64,000 nucleotides of DNA from Octopus vulgaris (taxonomy: Eukaryota): NCBI GenBank assembly GCA_951406725.2, contig OX597814.1:59706001-59770000 (forward strand), given 5' to 3'. Position numbers and translations under genes: made by a program. The number at the start of each line of letters is the position of its first letter. The first letter of the stretch is position 1. Of this stretch, positions 27,905 to 41,869 are shown in pieces. The notes under the pieces were generated by a model. The model worked only from the letters and a program-made list of their open reading frames with translations. It made no database searches and was not told where the DNA came from.

Positions 27905-29965
27905 AATATTGGTTTCAAAATTTGGTACAAGGATAGTAATTTCAGATGAATGGGTAAGTTAACTCTATCGACCGCAGAGATCAACTGGTAAAGACGTATG
28001 AAATGCCGCTAAGCACTTTTCCTGGCTTGCTCATTATAATATGAATATTAAAGTCAATTTCTTCCACAGCCATTTACAAAATTGCACAGACAAATTGCGG
28101 GTTTAAACGAAGAGTAGAATCGTGACTGTTAATTAATGCGCAATAAAGAAATCGATAGGAATCGAATTCCGAACATGAAGACGTACAGTTTATACCTGTT
28201 TACTAAATCTGATATGCTACTGAGTTGGTATGAAATAAACTTAGATAATGATAATGATACTAGTATTATTGGTTTAGAATTTTAGTTAAGGGAAAGTCGA
28301 TTGTTTGGACCCCCATGCTCAAATGGTACTTGTTTTATCGACCTCAAAATGAGGAACTCAGCAGAATTTGAACGTAATAATGAACGAAATGCAGCTAAGA
28401 AATGCCCAGCATGCTAACGATACTACCGGCTTATTGAAGGCAGCAATATTAATTGTCTCCACGGAGGCGTGCTAAGAGAATCGTTGGCACGCCGGGCAAA
28501 GTGTTTAGTGGCATTTTCTCCGTCTTTACGTTCTGAGTTGAAATTCTTTGGGAGTCAATGTAATAAACATCAGTTGAGCAATTTCGTCAATGTAATTACC
28601 TAACTCATTCCCAACATTTTCTGGCCTTATGCCAAAATTTCAAAGCAATATTAATCGTCTGTAACGCAGGCGCAAGGACAGAAATAAGTAGGATGTGATT
28701 AGTCAAGTAGATCGTACCCAGTACTTCATATATGATCACGGAATTATGAAAACCAGTGTAAACCTAGGAGAGATTTGAATTCAGAACTTAAAGATGTCTT
28801 AATGATTCAGCCAATCAGTCTCCGAAATTTTAGAGTAGAGTTACATCGACTCCATGGCTTAACTTGTACTTATATTATCGACCTCCGAAAAGATGAAAAA
28901 CATTTTGAATTTCGAACGTTAAGAAAGACAAAATACTTGAATGCATTTTACCCGGCGTGATAACGATTCTGCCTCTTCGCCGCCTTAAGAAGAATTAAAA
29001 TATTGGTTTCAAATTTATGGAGTAAATTCGGGGGAAATGGGTCCCTTAACATTCTGAGTTGTAATATCACCGAAGAAAACTTTGTCTTTCATCCATCCGG
29101 AAATGATAAAGTGAACTACCAGCTAAATACTTGAGTCAATATTACAGTCTAAACTACGGCGAGGAGCTGACACAACCGTTAGTACGCTGCACGGAGTGCT
29201 TAGCAGGGTTTCGCCCCTCACTACGTTCCGAGTTCAAATTCCGCAGGGGTCGTCTTTGCCTTTCAAACTTTCAGGGTTGATAAATCAAGTACCAGTTGCG
29301 TACTGGGGTCGATCTAATCGCCTACCCCCTCCCACCAAATTTCAGGTTTTGTGTGTTTAGTAGAAAGGGTTATTATTATTATTATGGTTAAGGCGGAGAG
29401 GTAGCAGAATCGTTAGCACCCCGGGGGAAGTGCTTAGAAGTATTTCGCCCCGTCACTACATTTTGAGTTCAAATTCAGCTAAGCTTGACTTTGCCTTTCG
29501 TCTTTTTGGGGTCGACGAATTGATTATCAGTGAAACAGTGAAGTTGAAGTAATCGACTAGTCCTCCCCGGCCGAAAAATTTCAGAACTTGTGCCTATGGT
29601 AGAAAGTATTATTATTATTATTATTCTTCTTCTTCTTCTTCTTCTTCTTCTTCTTCTTCTTCTTCTTCTTCTTCTTCTTCTTCTTCTTCTTCTTCTTCTT
29701 CTTCTTCTTCTTCTTCTTCTTCTTCTTCTTCTTCTTCTTCTTCTTCTTCTTCTTCTCATTATTATTAATGCGGCATGAGGGCAGAATCGTTAGCGCGTGG
29801 GGCGAAATCCTTAGCGGTGTCTTCTGAGTTCAGATTCCGCCGGGATCAACTTTGCCTTTCATCTTTTCTTCGTTGATCAAATAAGTACCAGCTGAAGACT
29901 GGGCCGATGTAATCGATTCATCTCCACCTTCAAAATTGCTGTCCTTGTGGCAGAATTTGAAGCCA
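27905..29965. mobile_element. Cluster of about nine family A SINE copies in both orientations
   Basis: Repeated gagttcaaattccgc, gactttgcctttc, aagtaccag and ggggtcgat motifs. Plus copies ~28465-28650, 29040-29150, 29157-29370, 29388-29608, 29768-29965; minus copies ~27905-28030, 28268-28435, 28660-28790, 28820-28987. Confidence 0.8.
29609..29766. repeat. (ATT)n/(CTT)n SINE tail microsatellite
   Basis: Direct reading. Confidence 0.95.
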
Positions 29966-29969
29966 TCCT

Positions 29970-30350
29970 GGACGGTGAGCGTGTGGAGCTTCTTTTGTGA
30001 GGTCGTCTTTCCGCATCTCATCTCCTTGACGGTGTTGCAGTTCTTGGTGAGGAAAAGACCGAGACTGGTCGCATGGCACCTAGAATGTCGTCAGTCGCTC
30101 AAAGCCCTCTATCAGTTGGGCAATGGGATTTGGTGCATGTTCCGCTTTAGAAATCTATGGAGCATTATTGGTGGGGAAGTGCGATGACGTTCTCGAAATG
30201 AGTCTGGGTGCCGATGAAAACGAACTAGATAGTCTGTTCTGGAAGGACTTTACAGTAGGGAACTATCATGGATAATTTCCAGATGTTCTTGGCCTGGCAG
30301 CTGAAGTTGCAATGGTTAAATTACCAAAATAGTTTCGCGGCACTTGGTGT
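29970..30350 (-). mobile_element. Decayed Jockey/I-group-like LINE RT N-terminal fragment
   Basis: Minus-strand FNH...NIWKLSMIVP and KAEH...IAQLIEGFE resemble the P..WK...I.PI.K and QHGF...ST..I.EGF RT motifs. Confidence 0.4.
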
Positions 30351-33297
30351 TGATAGGGTTAAGACGATGAATGAAATTCTATTAATACATTCCTTAGTAG
30401 ATTCCTTGATCGTATATGTGTATTTGAACAACATACTTCATATTCAATCAGGAATGCTAAGACAATTATTATAGTTCTTGCCAATTTCCTTCTATCAGAA
30501 AAGGTTTTGAATGTGCTTAAAATAAAATTAGATTCTGCAAAACTATGCTAATAAGCAACGATCTCGCACGAAAACGTGACTTCATCTTTTACGATACCTT
30601 TTTTTAACTTCAGAGAATTAACCTGAGATGAATTCAAATATGCTACTGACTATAATGATCATGATGACGATAATAGTGGTGTGGTGGAGATGGTGAAGAT
30701 TACGATGATGAGGATGATGTTGATGAGTAGGAGGGTGTGGAGGATTATGGTAACGAGGTGGAGCATATTATTATAATAATCATGATGAAAAATTGCGATT
30801 GTGCGAGGTATTTCATGTCGGCACAGTAGCTTTATTCCTACATAAGAGTTTGAATAGGTACTTGACATCGAAATCATTCACATTCTGCTATAATCTTATA
30901 TTCTTAGAACAAGCACGATTATAGAGATTGGTTTAAATTTTATCGCTGACCTATATATTTCTGAAGAATTCATTACAGTAGTCAAATTGAGTATGATGAG
31001 TCGGTGTGTATAATGGTATTTATTAGCAACAGCAAACGCAACGCTATGTATTTATCTTACGAAGAATTTTTTCATACATTAGAGTTAGTGTGCACTATAT
31101 AGCAGAGACGGTGGGAATAAAATTTGCTGGCAGACAATTGATGTTGCCTTTGAAAAGTAGTAAACAGAAGGAATCAAATTCAAAAATAGAAGAACGGAAA
31201 CTTGTTTTCCCATACAGTGTACTTCATGAGCGAACATTGCGTTTATATATATTCTACATCTTCAGCAGCTGTATTAAAAGAAAGAATAGAATATATTGTC
31301 TCAGCTATACATCTTTTCCGAAAATATAGTCATTTATTATTGCAAGTGTCATTCCAGTAACAGTGTCAGTTACTTTTCCTGTCTTCTAATGTTGGATAGT
31401 TTAAAATATACCAATTTAATGTAATACAGATGTAATAAATAATGTAATAAAGATTTGCATACCCACATAAGCTTTAAAATGATTCTTCCTGCAATCTTAC
31501 CATATAATTTCAAAGCTTACTCAATTAATATGTACATTTTCTATACACTCCTTTTGAAAAATATTAATATGCCTTACATAAATATTCCTAATATTTGGTG
31601 CTAGTTTCAAAACCACTGTTAAAATAGTAGCTAAGGTTTAAGGGTATATTTGAAATCATTACCCAAAATTGGGTATCATGTATACCTTACATGAGAATAA
31701 CAAAATATTTCTTAGAAATTCCATCCAGTGTAATAAACTTTGTATGATAAATATAGGTACTTCAATAACAGATATAAATACAATAAAATTATGTATTCCA
31801 GTAAATTTCTTTTCCTCTACGACTAAGTCACTAAAAGTTTTAAATTCGATAGACGTTGTTTTCCAATTTCTGACTTTGACACTATTATTATTATGCATGA
31901 AAAGAGATCTCTTCTGTTTAGTGATGTTCAATTTATGTTACACATGATGGCCAGAATGTAGTCGTTGGAAAGTGCAATGAAGCTGAGGTTTGTCAGATAC
32001 ATCTATGCTGAGTTCGGTTATTTTTTTAATGTAATGTGGAACTATTTATGTTGTGAAGTATAAATTATCATACAATGGATACTGTCTGTTAGGAACAGAT
32101 CAAAAACTTAGAATACAGTTGATTCGAAACTAGGTACAAGTATTTTTAGGAATAACTCTAGAATTAGTTAGAATTAACTGGTAGATACCCCCTTCTCATT
32201 TCAATATGCTGGCCATTACTATTATGAAGCATTAAAACGATTGTGTTTTCAAAGACAGTATTCCTTATTCACAACAGGATAATGAAAGTGAACAATTATA
32301 CAGAAATATCCGCCATATATTTTAAATATTCGTTCAAAAGGTACTAGGATATTCTATGAAATTTAGAAAACAAAACATTTTACAATAGAAAATTGATATC
32401 AGAAAATGATGAATAGAAATTGAAAAGATGAGTTACGATAACACTGAAACAATGCCTAACACTTCAATATCCAGTATAAAAAGATGAAAGCCTTTCAGTA
32501 CGAAGACATACAAAACATCCTCTACTCACCTTGTAATTACAACTCACTGTCATCTGAAATTCATGTCTCCTTCTCAGACAGTCTTTGCCAAGTTATAGTA
32601 TCTCTCTTGCATCCTACAAAAAGCTAGCTAGCTAAATCGGTTCAAACCATATTCTCGACATACACTAGGATACTGTTAAAAGAGTTTCATTTTCCAAATA
32701 TGTCTAGGGTTTAAAAATGACAGTATTAATTGTTGATTAATCAGTTATAAAATGTTTCACCTACCCTCATTCCTCAAGAATTCTATTCACTCGGAGATGT
32801 AAAACAACCTGTTACATTTTAATGCAATATTGAAACTGTTGTATTCTTGCGGACATTTCATGAATATTTGCATATTTGTTAGTAACAAGATAAACTAGAT
32901 CTTTTGCTTTGTTTTTATTTTTGTTTTGAATTTTTGTTTCTATTTTTCTCCGTTTTTCTGGGGGGGGGGTTGTCATAGGCCAAGCTGTGGTCATATTTAA
33001 AAAAAAAGACTATAAATTATTGTACCTCAGTCAAACTGCACTAGCAGAGTCATCTTCCTGAAGACAGTAAAATATCATAGGATTTTGGATGAGCATGGAT
33101 ACTTACATCAAATAAGGATACTTACATCAAATATATTTAAATATATTTGAATATATTGTGTGACCCAACTTTTTACAGATTTCTCTGGCAGCAAATCAAC
33201 TAAACATGATTAGTCCATATTTTACGACTTGAATAACTTCTATTTTGTTACACTTCTTCTCTTCACAATCATTTAAGTAAGGATTCACAAAACTCCC

Positions 33298-33363
<66 letters not shown>

Positions 33364-33391
33364 TAATAATGATAATAATGATAATAATAAT

Positions 33392-33438
<47 letters not shown>

Positions 33439-33455
33439 GGATAATAAGGATAATG

Positions 33456-33534
<79 letters not shown>

Positions 33535-33573
33535 GGATAATGATAATAATAATAATAATGACAATAATAATAA
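33298..33573. repeat. (TAA)n microsatellite (tail of adjacent minus-strand SINE)
   Basis: Direct reading. Confidence 0.97.
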
Positions 33574-33720
33574 TCCTTTCTACTGTAGTCACCAGGCCTG
33601 AAATTCGGTGGGAGTACCAGTCGATTACATTGACCCATAACGTTTCTCTGGTGCTCAATTCATCGACCAGAAATGATGAAAGATAAAGTCGACCTCGGCG
33701 GAATTTGAACCCAGAACGTA
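33574..33720 (-). mobile_element. Family A SINE, 5'-truncated
   Basis: cctttctact...gtcgattacattgaccc...aaagtcgacctcggcggaatttgaacccagaacgta. Confidence 0.8.
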
Positions 33721-33803
33721 TCTTTTTGTTTTTGCGCAGTTTTCAACCTCAAAAACTATATATAATAGCAACAGCAATAATAATAATAATGATGATGATG
33801 ATG

Positions 33804-33896
<93 letters not shown>

Positions 33897-35892
33897 GCCA
33901 TTAACAAAGTAGCACTAACAATTATAAAATACGTAGAACATTCTATGAATAAATGCTACAGTTCCAAACAAAAGAGGGACTCATGAAAACCAAAGCCATC
34001 CCCATTGGAAGAGGAATATTCCAGGGAGACACACTCTCTCCACTCCTTTTCTGCTTGGCACTGTCACCTCTATCTGATATGCTAAATAGAACTGGATGCG
34101 GATATAAATGTTACGGCAAAACGATCAGCCACATTTTATATATGGATGACCTAAAACTATACGCTGCAAATGACAAACAGCTGGAAACACTATTAAAGAC
34201 ATTTCATGGAATTACCAAAGAAATAGACATGAAATTTGGATTAGAAAAATGCGCCAAAGTAACCATGAAAAGAGGAAAACTAGTTAAGAGTAGCAACATC
34301 ACAGTAGATAAAACCAATGAAATAAAAGAATTAGACCAAAGCCAAACTTATAAATACTTAGGAATCCATGAACTAGATAAGACACAACACACAAATGAAA
34401 GAGAAAATAATAAAAGAATATTATAGACGAGTTAGATCAATACTAAAAACAGAGCTCAATGCTAAAAACAAGATAATAGGTATTAACACTTTAGCTGTCC
34501 CAGTTATAAGTTACAGCTACAATATCCTTAACTGGACACTAAATGAACTGACCAAAATAGATAGGAAAACAAGAAAAATAATAACTGGATCTAGGATGCA
34601 TCACCCAAAATCTGACATAGAAAGACTATATATACAACGTATAGAAGGTGTTAGAGGTCTTATACAGCTGGAAGGCTACTATAAAATAACCACCATAGAA
34701 CTGCAAAAATATCTACTTCAGAAGGAAGGAAAACTGATACAAATAGCGGCAAAACACGAGCAAAACAAAAAACTGTTCTCAGTATTTAAGGAAGCTGACA
34801 AGTACAAACAAGAAATCATACCACCAAACAAAGAAGAAGAAGAAGAAGAAGAAGAAGAAGAAGAAGAAGAAGAAGAAGAAGAAGAAGAAGAAGAAGAAGA
34901 AGAAGAAGAAGAAGAAGAAGAAGAAGAAGAAGAAGAAGAAGAAGAAGAAGAAGAAGAAGAAACAACAACAAAAGCTATAAAACAAATGAAATCCAAACTA
35001 AAACTAGAACAGCAAAGAACCATGATAAAACGATGGCAAGAAAAGCCCCTTCATGGTAAATACTGGACTAAACTAAATGCAAAAGAAATAGACAAAGAAA
35101 AATCCCAGCAATGGTTGAGAAGCTCAGGACTCAATGCGGAGACAGAGGGATTTTTAATTGGAGCACAAGACCAAAGCCTCCCCACCAAAAATTACCAAAA
35201 ACATGTAATGAAAAGAAATATAACAAGTAACTACAGAATATGTGGAGATGGATAAGAAACAATAAATCATATTATCTCTGGCTGCCCAGTCCTGGCTAAG
35301 AAAGAATATATTCACAGACACGACAGAGTTGGGACCTACATACACTGGAAGCTATGCCAATATTATGGAATAACAACAACAAAAAGATGGTATAGGCACA
35401 CACCAGAAAAGGTCACAGAAAACGAGAAAGCAACCATACTCTGGGATATGCCGATACACACAGATAGAGAAATTAAGGCCACAGACCAGATATAGTTGTC
35501 AGAGATCATGAAGAAAAAAATGCTTTCTAATTGATGTATCAATACCAGCAGATGACAACGTTTCTCTAAAAGAAATGGAGAAACAAAATACAAAGACCTG
35601 GAAATAGAGGTAACCAGAATGTGGAATCTAAAAACAGAAACAAATCCTATCATAGTAGGTGCATTAGGCATGATAAAAAAATATTCAGACAAATGCATAA
35701 CAAAAACCCCAGGACTTACAAATACATATAACATACAGAAGATTGCACTACTAGGCACTGCACACATCCTACGCAGAACACTTTCCATACAATAACCATC
35801 AGAGCATCACAACAAATCACAGCACATACCCAAGACACACAGAGCTGCGCTCGGTAGTGAAGTGAAAGCACGCTATAAAAATAAAACTACTG
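33897..35892 (+). mobile_element. 5'-truncated R4/Dong-type non-LTR retrotransposon (RT, CCHC finger, RLE endonuclease, 3' UTR) inserted in (TAA)n
   Basis: GIFQGDTLSPLLFCL, HILYMDDLK, YKYLG, RLYIQRIEGVRGL, ETEGFLIGAQDQ, RICG..ETINHIISGC, RHD, ILWD, RPDIV; few frameshifts; (AAT)n on both sides. Confidence 0.93.
34833..34961 (+). repeat. (GAA)43 in frame within the LINE ORF (poly-Glu)
   Basis: Direct reading; ORF 34395-35255 stays open through it. Confidence 0.95.
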
Positions 35893-35922
35893 AATAATAA
35901 TAATAATAATTATTATAATAAT

Positions 35923-36393
35923 GCTTTCTACTATAGACACAAGGTCTGAAGATTTGGAAGAGAGGACTAGTTGATTACATCGGCCCCAGTGCTCAACTGG
36001 GACTTAGTTTATCGACATCGGAAGTTGAAAAACAACGTCGACACCGGAGGAATTTGAACACAGAATGTAAAGACGGACAAAATGCTACAAAGCATTTCGC
36101 CAGGCATAAAAACGATAACGCCAGCTCGACGCCTTAAGAAAAATAATAATAATCCTTTCTAATATTAGCACAAGGCCTCAAAGCTTGCAGGAGGGAGCTA
36201 ATCGACTACATCGACCCCGTGGTCAAGTGGTATTTCTTTCATCGAACCCAAAATGATAGATGGTAAAGTCGGCAAAGTCGTAGAAAGTTGAGCTCAGAAC
36301 GTAGGGACGGAGGAAATGGCACTAAGTCATTTTGACGGCAAATTAACGATTCTTCCAGCTCACCACCTTAATAATAATAACAACACCAACAAC

Positions 36394-36461
<68 letters not shown>

Positions 36462-36670
36462 TAATAGTTTCAAATTTTGTCACAAGGCCAGCAATTTCGG
36501 GTAGGGGTTAAATCAATCACATCGACGTCAGTGCTCAAATGGTACTTATATTATCGGATGAGATGAAAGGGAATGTCCACCTTTGCGGAACTTCAACTCG
36601 GAACGTAAAGACGGGCGAAATACCGCTAAGCTTTTTGCTCGGTGTGCTAACGATTCTTCCAGCTCACTAC
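35923..36670 (-). mobile_element. Three head-to-tail family A SINE copies separated by (AAT)n tails
   Basis: Copies at ~35923-36137, 36153-36370 and 36465-36670, each with gcacaagg / atcgac / ggaatttgaac-like / aacgattc motifs. Confidence 0.8.
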
Positions 36671-36681
36671 TATATATGATG

Positions 36682-36757
<76 letters not shown>

Positions 36758-37477
36758 CAACAACAACAGCAACAACAACAACAGCAACAGCAATAACCAC
36801 AACAGCAATAACAAAAAAGCCTACGTAGGTATATCCATATGCAGGTATAATCGTGCATATCTGTGCATCAAAATCTATGAGAAATTTCACGTTTGCGCAC
36901 ACAAACCCATATATTCAGTGAGTTCTTTTTGTAACGAAATGATGCCATATTACCCTGGTTCCCCGACCCAAAGCACTGAGAAATTCCAATGTCGCGTCAG
37001 GTTGACATGTAAACTGGTAAAAAAAAATCGATGCGGAAATCCGTCTTATAAATACTACATCTTTATATATTGTTCATGTGTTCTGTTACCAAGAAAGTAT
37101 TTGCAAGTGCTGTATGTTCTAAAATGCACTTTAGTTATGTGATATATAATGATCGATAAACTATATACCAAAATGACATAATGTTTAACACGAAATGGTC
37201 AGCTATAAATTATTCGATGGTGGTGATTGAGATTCATTACAATCCACTGTCAGAAGACTTTAAAAGGAGCAATGCAAACAGCAGCAATATGTTGTTTTGA
37301 ATGTTGATCAGAGTCCTTTTTTTTAAATACGCGTGTTCAGATATTAGTGTTGTTGTCTTAAGCAATTCATATGAAAACTTACCGCTAATACGACTGTCAG
37401 CATGGTTATCGTAACCAAATCGATTGGTAATCTATTCATGAGAGATATATGAGGAAACTGAAAATAAAAATAAAATA

Positions 37478-37737
37478 AATGCGCCCTTTTTAAAGCCTAG
37501 CCAGGGTCATGGGCCTGGTTTCCCGGTTCCTATGGCGTATGTGTTTCCCCAGCTGGACGGGACGCCAGTCCATCGCAACGTTACTCATTTTTGCCAGCTG
37601 AGTGGACTGGAGCAACGTGAAATGAAATGTTTTGCTCAAGAACACAACGCGTCGCCCGGTCCAGGAATCGAAACCACAATCTTACGATCATAATGTTGAC
37701 ACTCTAATCACTGAGTCACTGAGCCACGCGCCTCCAC
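37478..37737 (-). mobile_element. tRNA-derived SINE (family C), near full length
   Basis: Minus-strand head gtggaggcgcgtggctcagtg (A box) and ggtttcgattcc (B box), then a non-tRNA body and a T-rich tail. Confidence 0.8.
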
Positions 37738-38783
37738 CATGAGGAAATTAAGTAATGCTAATTAAATTGTTTGAAATAGAAATAGTTTACACCTACAGAA
37801 GATAAGAATCCACTTGAAATCAGTTAGTAACGAAATATATTTATATTTTTATCAAAACTTGATAAAATTAATGCCATTGAAGTTTCTCATTTCGTTTTTA
37901 TTATATAAAAATAAGTGTTCTATAAACTGTCCTAACTCATTAAGTAACGTTAAACCTATTTCATTTAAATTTGAGCTAGAACTTAAGTACAATTTGTGTA
38001 TTTCGGTCAAAAGATTAGGGTTAATAGTCGAACTGTATATTTTGAAAAATCGCATACATTTAATGTTGCCTTTACAAGCATAAAATTTACAATATCAAGT
38101 ATGTTGGTCAGGCAATCTTTGTATTTATTGCTTTCTGTTCAATACGACCAGAAATAGATCAAGAAAACTTTATAGGCAGAACAAACGTCTGTGACAAGAA
38201 AGCGGTTGGGTGAAAGAAGAGTGAATTTGAAAGCACGTCACTTCATATACATGCAAAATTCTTAGCTTTCTTCTTCAAGAACAATACTTCCTTTACTTTC
38301 TGTGATACACGTAAAGAGTTTTAATACATTTCAACAGTAATAGTAGTTTGACTTTCATCTTCTGTCTGTCAGTATTCTCGATTTAGAATGTTAAATGTAA
38401 AGCTCTTTCTGGCATATCAAATCCTTCTTGGATGTCAAAAGTAGTTAGCAAATGCCTGCTGTCAACGAAGACATATCAACTCTCGCAGTAATTCAATGAT
38501 ATCTGTAAAGCAAGAGTAATTTTCTGAGAGATTGGTCACCCAGAATAGAACTAAACGGAAACTTCCCAATAATTAATTGAAGCCTAAAATGTTAGGTAAT
38601 CGAGAGAACTGCATATAGTATAGGCAATTAAATATGTACAATGTAAATATATGTATCAAACATACACATATATATATGTACATATATACATACATATATA
38701 CACATGTATATATACATTTATATACACTCACACATACATACATACATATATGCATACACACACACACTCACACACACACACAC

Positions 38784-38855
<72 letters not shown>

Positions 38856-39399
38856 TTCTTTTCATGTAAAACAAAGGTCTTTCAGCAAAAAAACACATAA
38901 TATCTTATTGCTTTTGTTGAAAAGGCATTTTGTTTTATTGTTCGCAGAATTTTCATTTGATAAAGTATCTGCATGGGTATCGTTGTTGATATTTTTATTG
39001 ATGCTTTTGTCTTGGTTGCTGTTACCTTTGCATAACCTTTAGCCGTAGCTCGAGGATGAGCGCCCTTATTAACCCCCACATATAGAGAAACGCCTCAATA
39101 AAGATTTTTAGCAAAACCAGAGTCAACTAACATTATGAGAAATATCAACCAGGCTAAATGGGTACCGTGTCCAATGAAATGGACGATTATATAACGCAGC
39201 GGATAAGCACGCTCGCAAGCACAATGTTTCTTTTTCTACTTGTATTCATTCGCTATTACTTCATCAGCAGATTTCAGTGCATTGCGCTCTCTCACATTTG
39301 ACATTATGTTATCCTTTACATTTTACAGGTACCATGCTACGTTGTTTTCTTCGCTATTGCTACAATTTGCACCTGTGTAGCGTGTGATCATCGCATTGA

Positions 39400-40320
39400 C
39401 CATGAGAGAGAAAGTTGGGCAGAGAATCTGCATCAAGCTGTGTCAAAAGCTTGGGGATTCCTGGTCAGAGACCTACGCAAAGTTGCAGAAAGTGTATGGA
39501 GAGGATGAGTGTATGAGCCAAAAAGAGATCGATAGTGGCGAACGTTCTAGAAGACCCGCAACCAGTAGAACTGAAAAAAAATACGCAGATGTGCATGCAG
39601 CTCTCAGGAGAAATCATCGTATCAACATCCGTGAGTTATCAGAGGATGTACAGATTAGTAACGGTTCAGTTCAGTCCATTATCACTGAAGATATGGGTAT
39701 GAGATTCGTGTCTGCCTAGTTTATGCCACAACTGCTTTCAGCTGACCAAAAAAGACACTTGAGTTTCAGTTGCACAGGATATCCCTGATTTGACGAGAAC
39801 GATGAAATCTTTTTGAAAATGGTCATTACATGTGATGAATCGTGGGCCTATGGCTATGACTCCGAAACAAAGATTCAATCTTCCTAGTGAGAGACCATAA
39901 CCTCTCCCAAACCGAAACAATGGGAACACACTGTTGGCCGTTTTCTTCGACTACAAGGGGATAGATCATCATGAGTATGCTCCACCTGGTCAGACAGTAA
40001 ACAAATAGTACAACCGCGACACTTTGCGGTGTTTGCATGATGCTATTCGTCGTAAAAGGCCACAATTGCACGCGTTTAGTGAGTGGCAATTTCACATTGA
40101 CAACACACTTGCCCATTCAGCGCAGCTGGTACGTTAGTTTTCTATTAGGCAAAGCATTCCTCAGTTACAACAGCAACATTTATTCCCCAGATCCTCTTTT
40201 CAAATAGCAAATCCCGCTTGAAATGAAAAAGAGTTCCAGAAATGCTTACATCGATGGAAACAGCGGTGGACAGAGTGTGTAACTTCTGAAGGGGACTAAT
40301 TTGAAGGAGATTAAATGCCA
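39400..40320 (+). mobile_element. Decayed mariner transposase
   Basis: QRICIKLCQKLG...RSRRPATS...IRELSEDVQIS.GSVQSIITEDMGMRFVSA*FMPQLL (WVP motif), VITCDESWAYGYD, FHIDN. Confidence 0.85.
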
Positions 40321-40354
40321 AATTAGGGCATTCTTTTTGTATATCTTTATGTAT

Positions 40355-40413
<59 letters not shown>

Positions 40414-40539
40414 ATATATGTGTGTGTGTGTGTGTGCGTGTATATAAATAAATATACAATAATATATACATGTATATATATATATATATATATGCATACA
40501 GAATGCGATGGGTAAATTGTTGCCATACCATATTTTTTT

Positions 40540-40815
40540 ATCTCTCAAATGCTGTCTCACAATTTCTGCGACCACATTATCCCTAACATTTGGTCACCTA
40601 ACTTCCTAAACTGAAACACACTTCATTATTATGTGTGCAGTGCAGTTAAGCGAGAGACCAACAAAACTCCTTGAATACCAAAGATGAACTGAAAGCAAGG
40701 GCTATGCCAGCATTCACCAACTTAAACAAAGAGACTGTCCAGAAGAGTTGCAAGAGATCCCGCAGTCTCCTGGAGACCTTGGTTGAAACCAATGGCGATT
40801 TTATTGAATAAATTT
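40540..40815 (+). mobile_element. 3' fragment of a second Tc1/mariner (maT/DD37D-like) transposase
   Basis: IWSPN...YYV...RETNK...NTKDELKA...CKRSRSLLETLVETNGDFIE*. Confidence 0.55.
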
Positions 40816-41869
40816 ACTCTTTCATGGTGTTTAAATTATTAATCACACACAATACATTTACGCATATAAATGGCTATGACACGTAATTATGCAAATATGA
40901 AAACACTATGAAAGCTACAAATTCAAACATAAAACTAAAACGTAGGAGAGAAAGGGAAAATGAACATGAACAATTTGTTGAACACATAATGGAAGAAAAT
41001 ACCCCAAATACACAAATAAATAATTTAGAAGACAGTAGCAGTAACTACAACAAATACTGCGTATCATAATAGTACCAGCCTGTAGTATCACACCTTCATT
41101 GTGAGACAGGGAAGAATTAATCACTAAGGAAGTTACGAAGCAACCAATCAAATATCGAGTTACGAAGGGATGCCGAAGAAGTAAGAAAGCACACAAAAAT
41201 GACTGGGTATAATATATCGAAAGCACATGAGAAGGAATAGTCTATTCACACAACAAAATTCTTTCTCAGGTAAGTAGCAACAAAATGCATATGACGAATA
41301 TGAACTATGATTCACTATTATTTGGAAATCAAGCGGTTAATAGACAAAATTGCATATATGTGGTGGAATAGCTGCGCCTAATTTATGATTACACATTAGC
41401 ACTTAGATAAAAAAATTATGAGCAAAAACTAAATTATCGATCTCAAGTTAAATTAAAAGGAAGTCATTATATTGAACTCAAGATAAGCGTTTTCTTCAAG
41501 TGCAAATGTGGCGAAAAATGATCACTAGTGCATCTGATTGCACTCGAATACAAACTGAGAAAGGGTAAAATGAAAAGTGTCGTGGGGTACGCAACTAAAC
41601 CCAATCAATAAATCTTACATCTCTTAATTCATTACGTTATATGTTGTTTTAATAGTTGATGTTTTAATTGTATTTTATCGCCGGGGAAGTGTGTGTATGC
41701 TTTTCATGTGTGATACGTACATATGTATTAGTATGTATGTGCCTTTAGGTATACATATGTATGTACGCATGTGTGTGTGAAGGAGTATATGTGTTTAAAA
41801 TTCTGACTATATCGTTCTATAAGTAGTATAACGGACAATATGCCCCCTATTCCATAATTTGAGAACGTT

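Noticed and set aside
27905-29965. Repeat-spacer-like periodicity suggesting a CRISPR array
   Set aside because: Units are ~200-bp diverged SINEs in both orientations; eukaryotic context; no cas genes
32530-32613. Minus-strand exon with a strong AAG|gtgagt donor
   Set aside because: All three frames contain stops; a non-coding exon cannot be supported without transcripts
37660-37737. tRNA gene
   Set aside because: A and B boxes are present, but there is an internal duplication, no clean cloverleaf and a SINE body follows; it is a SINE head
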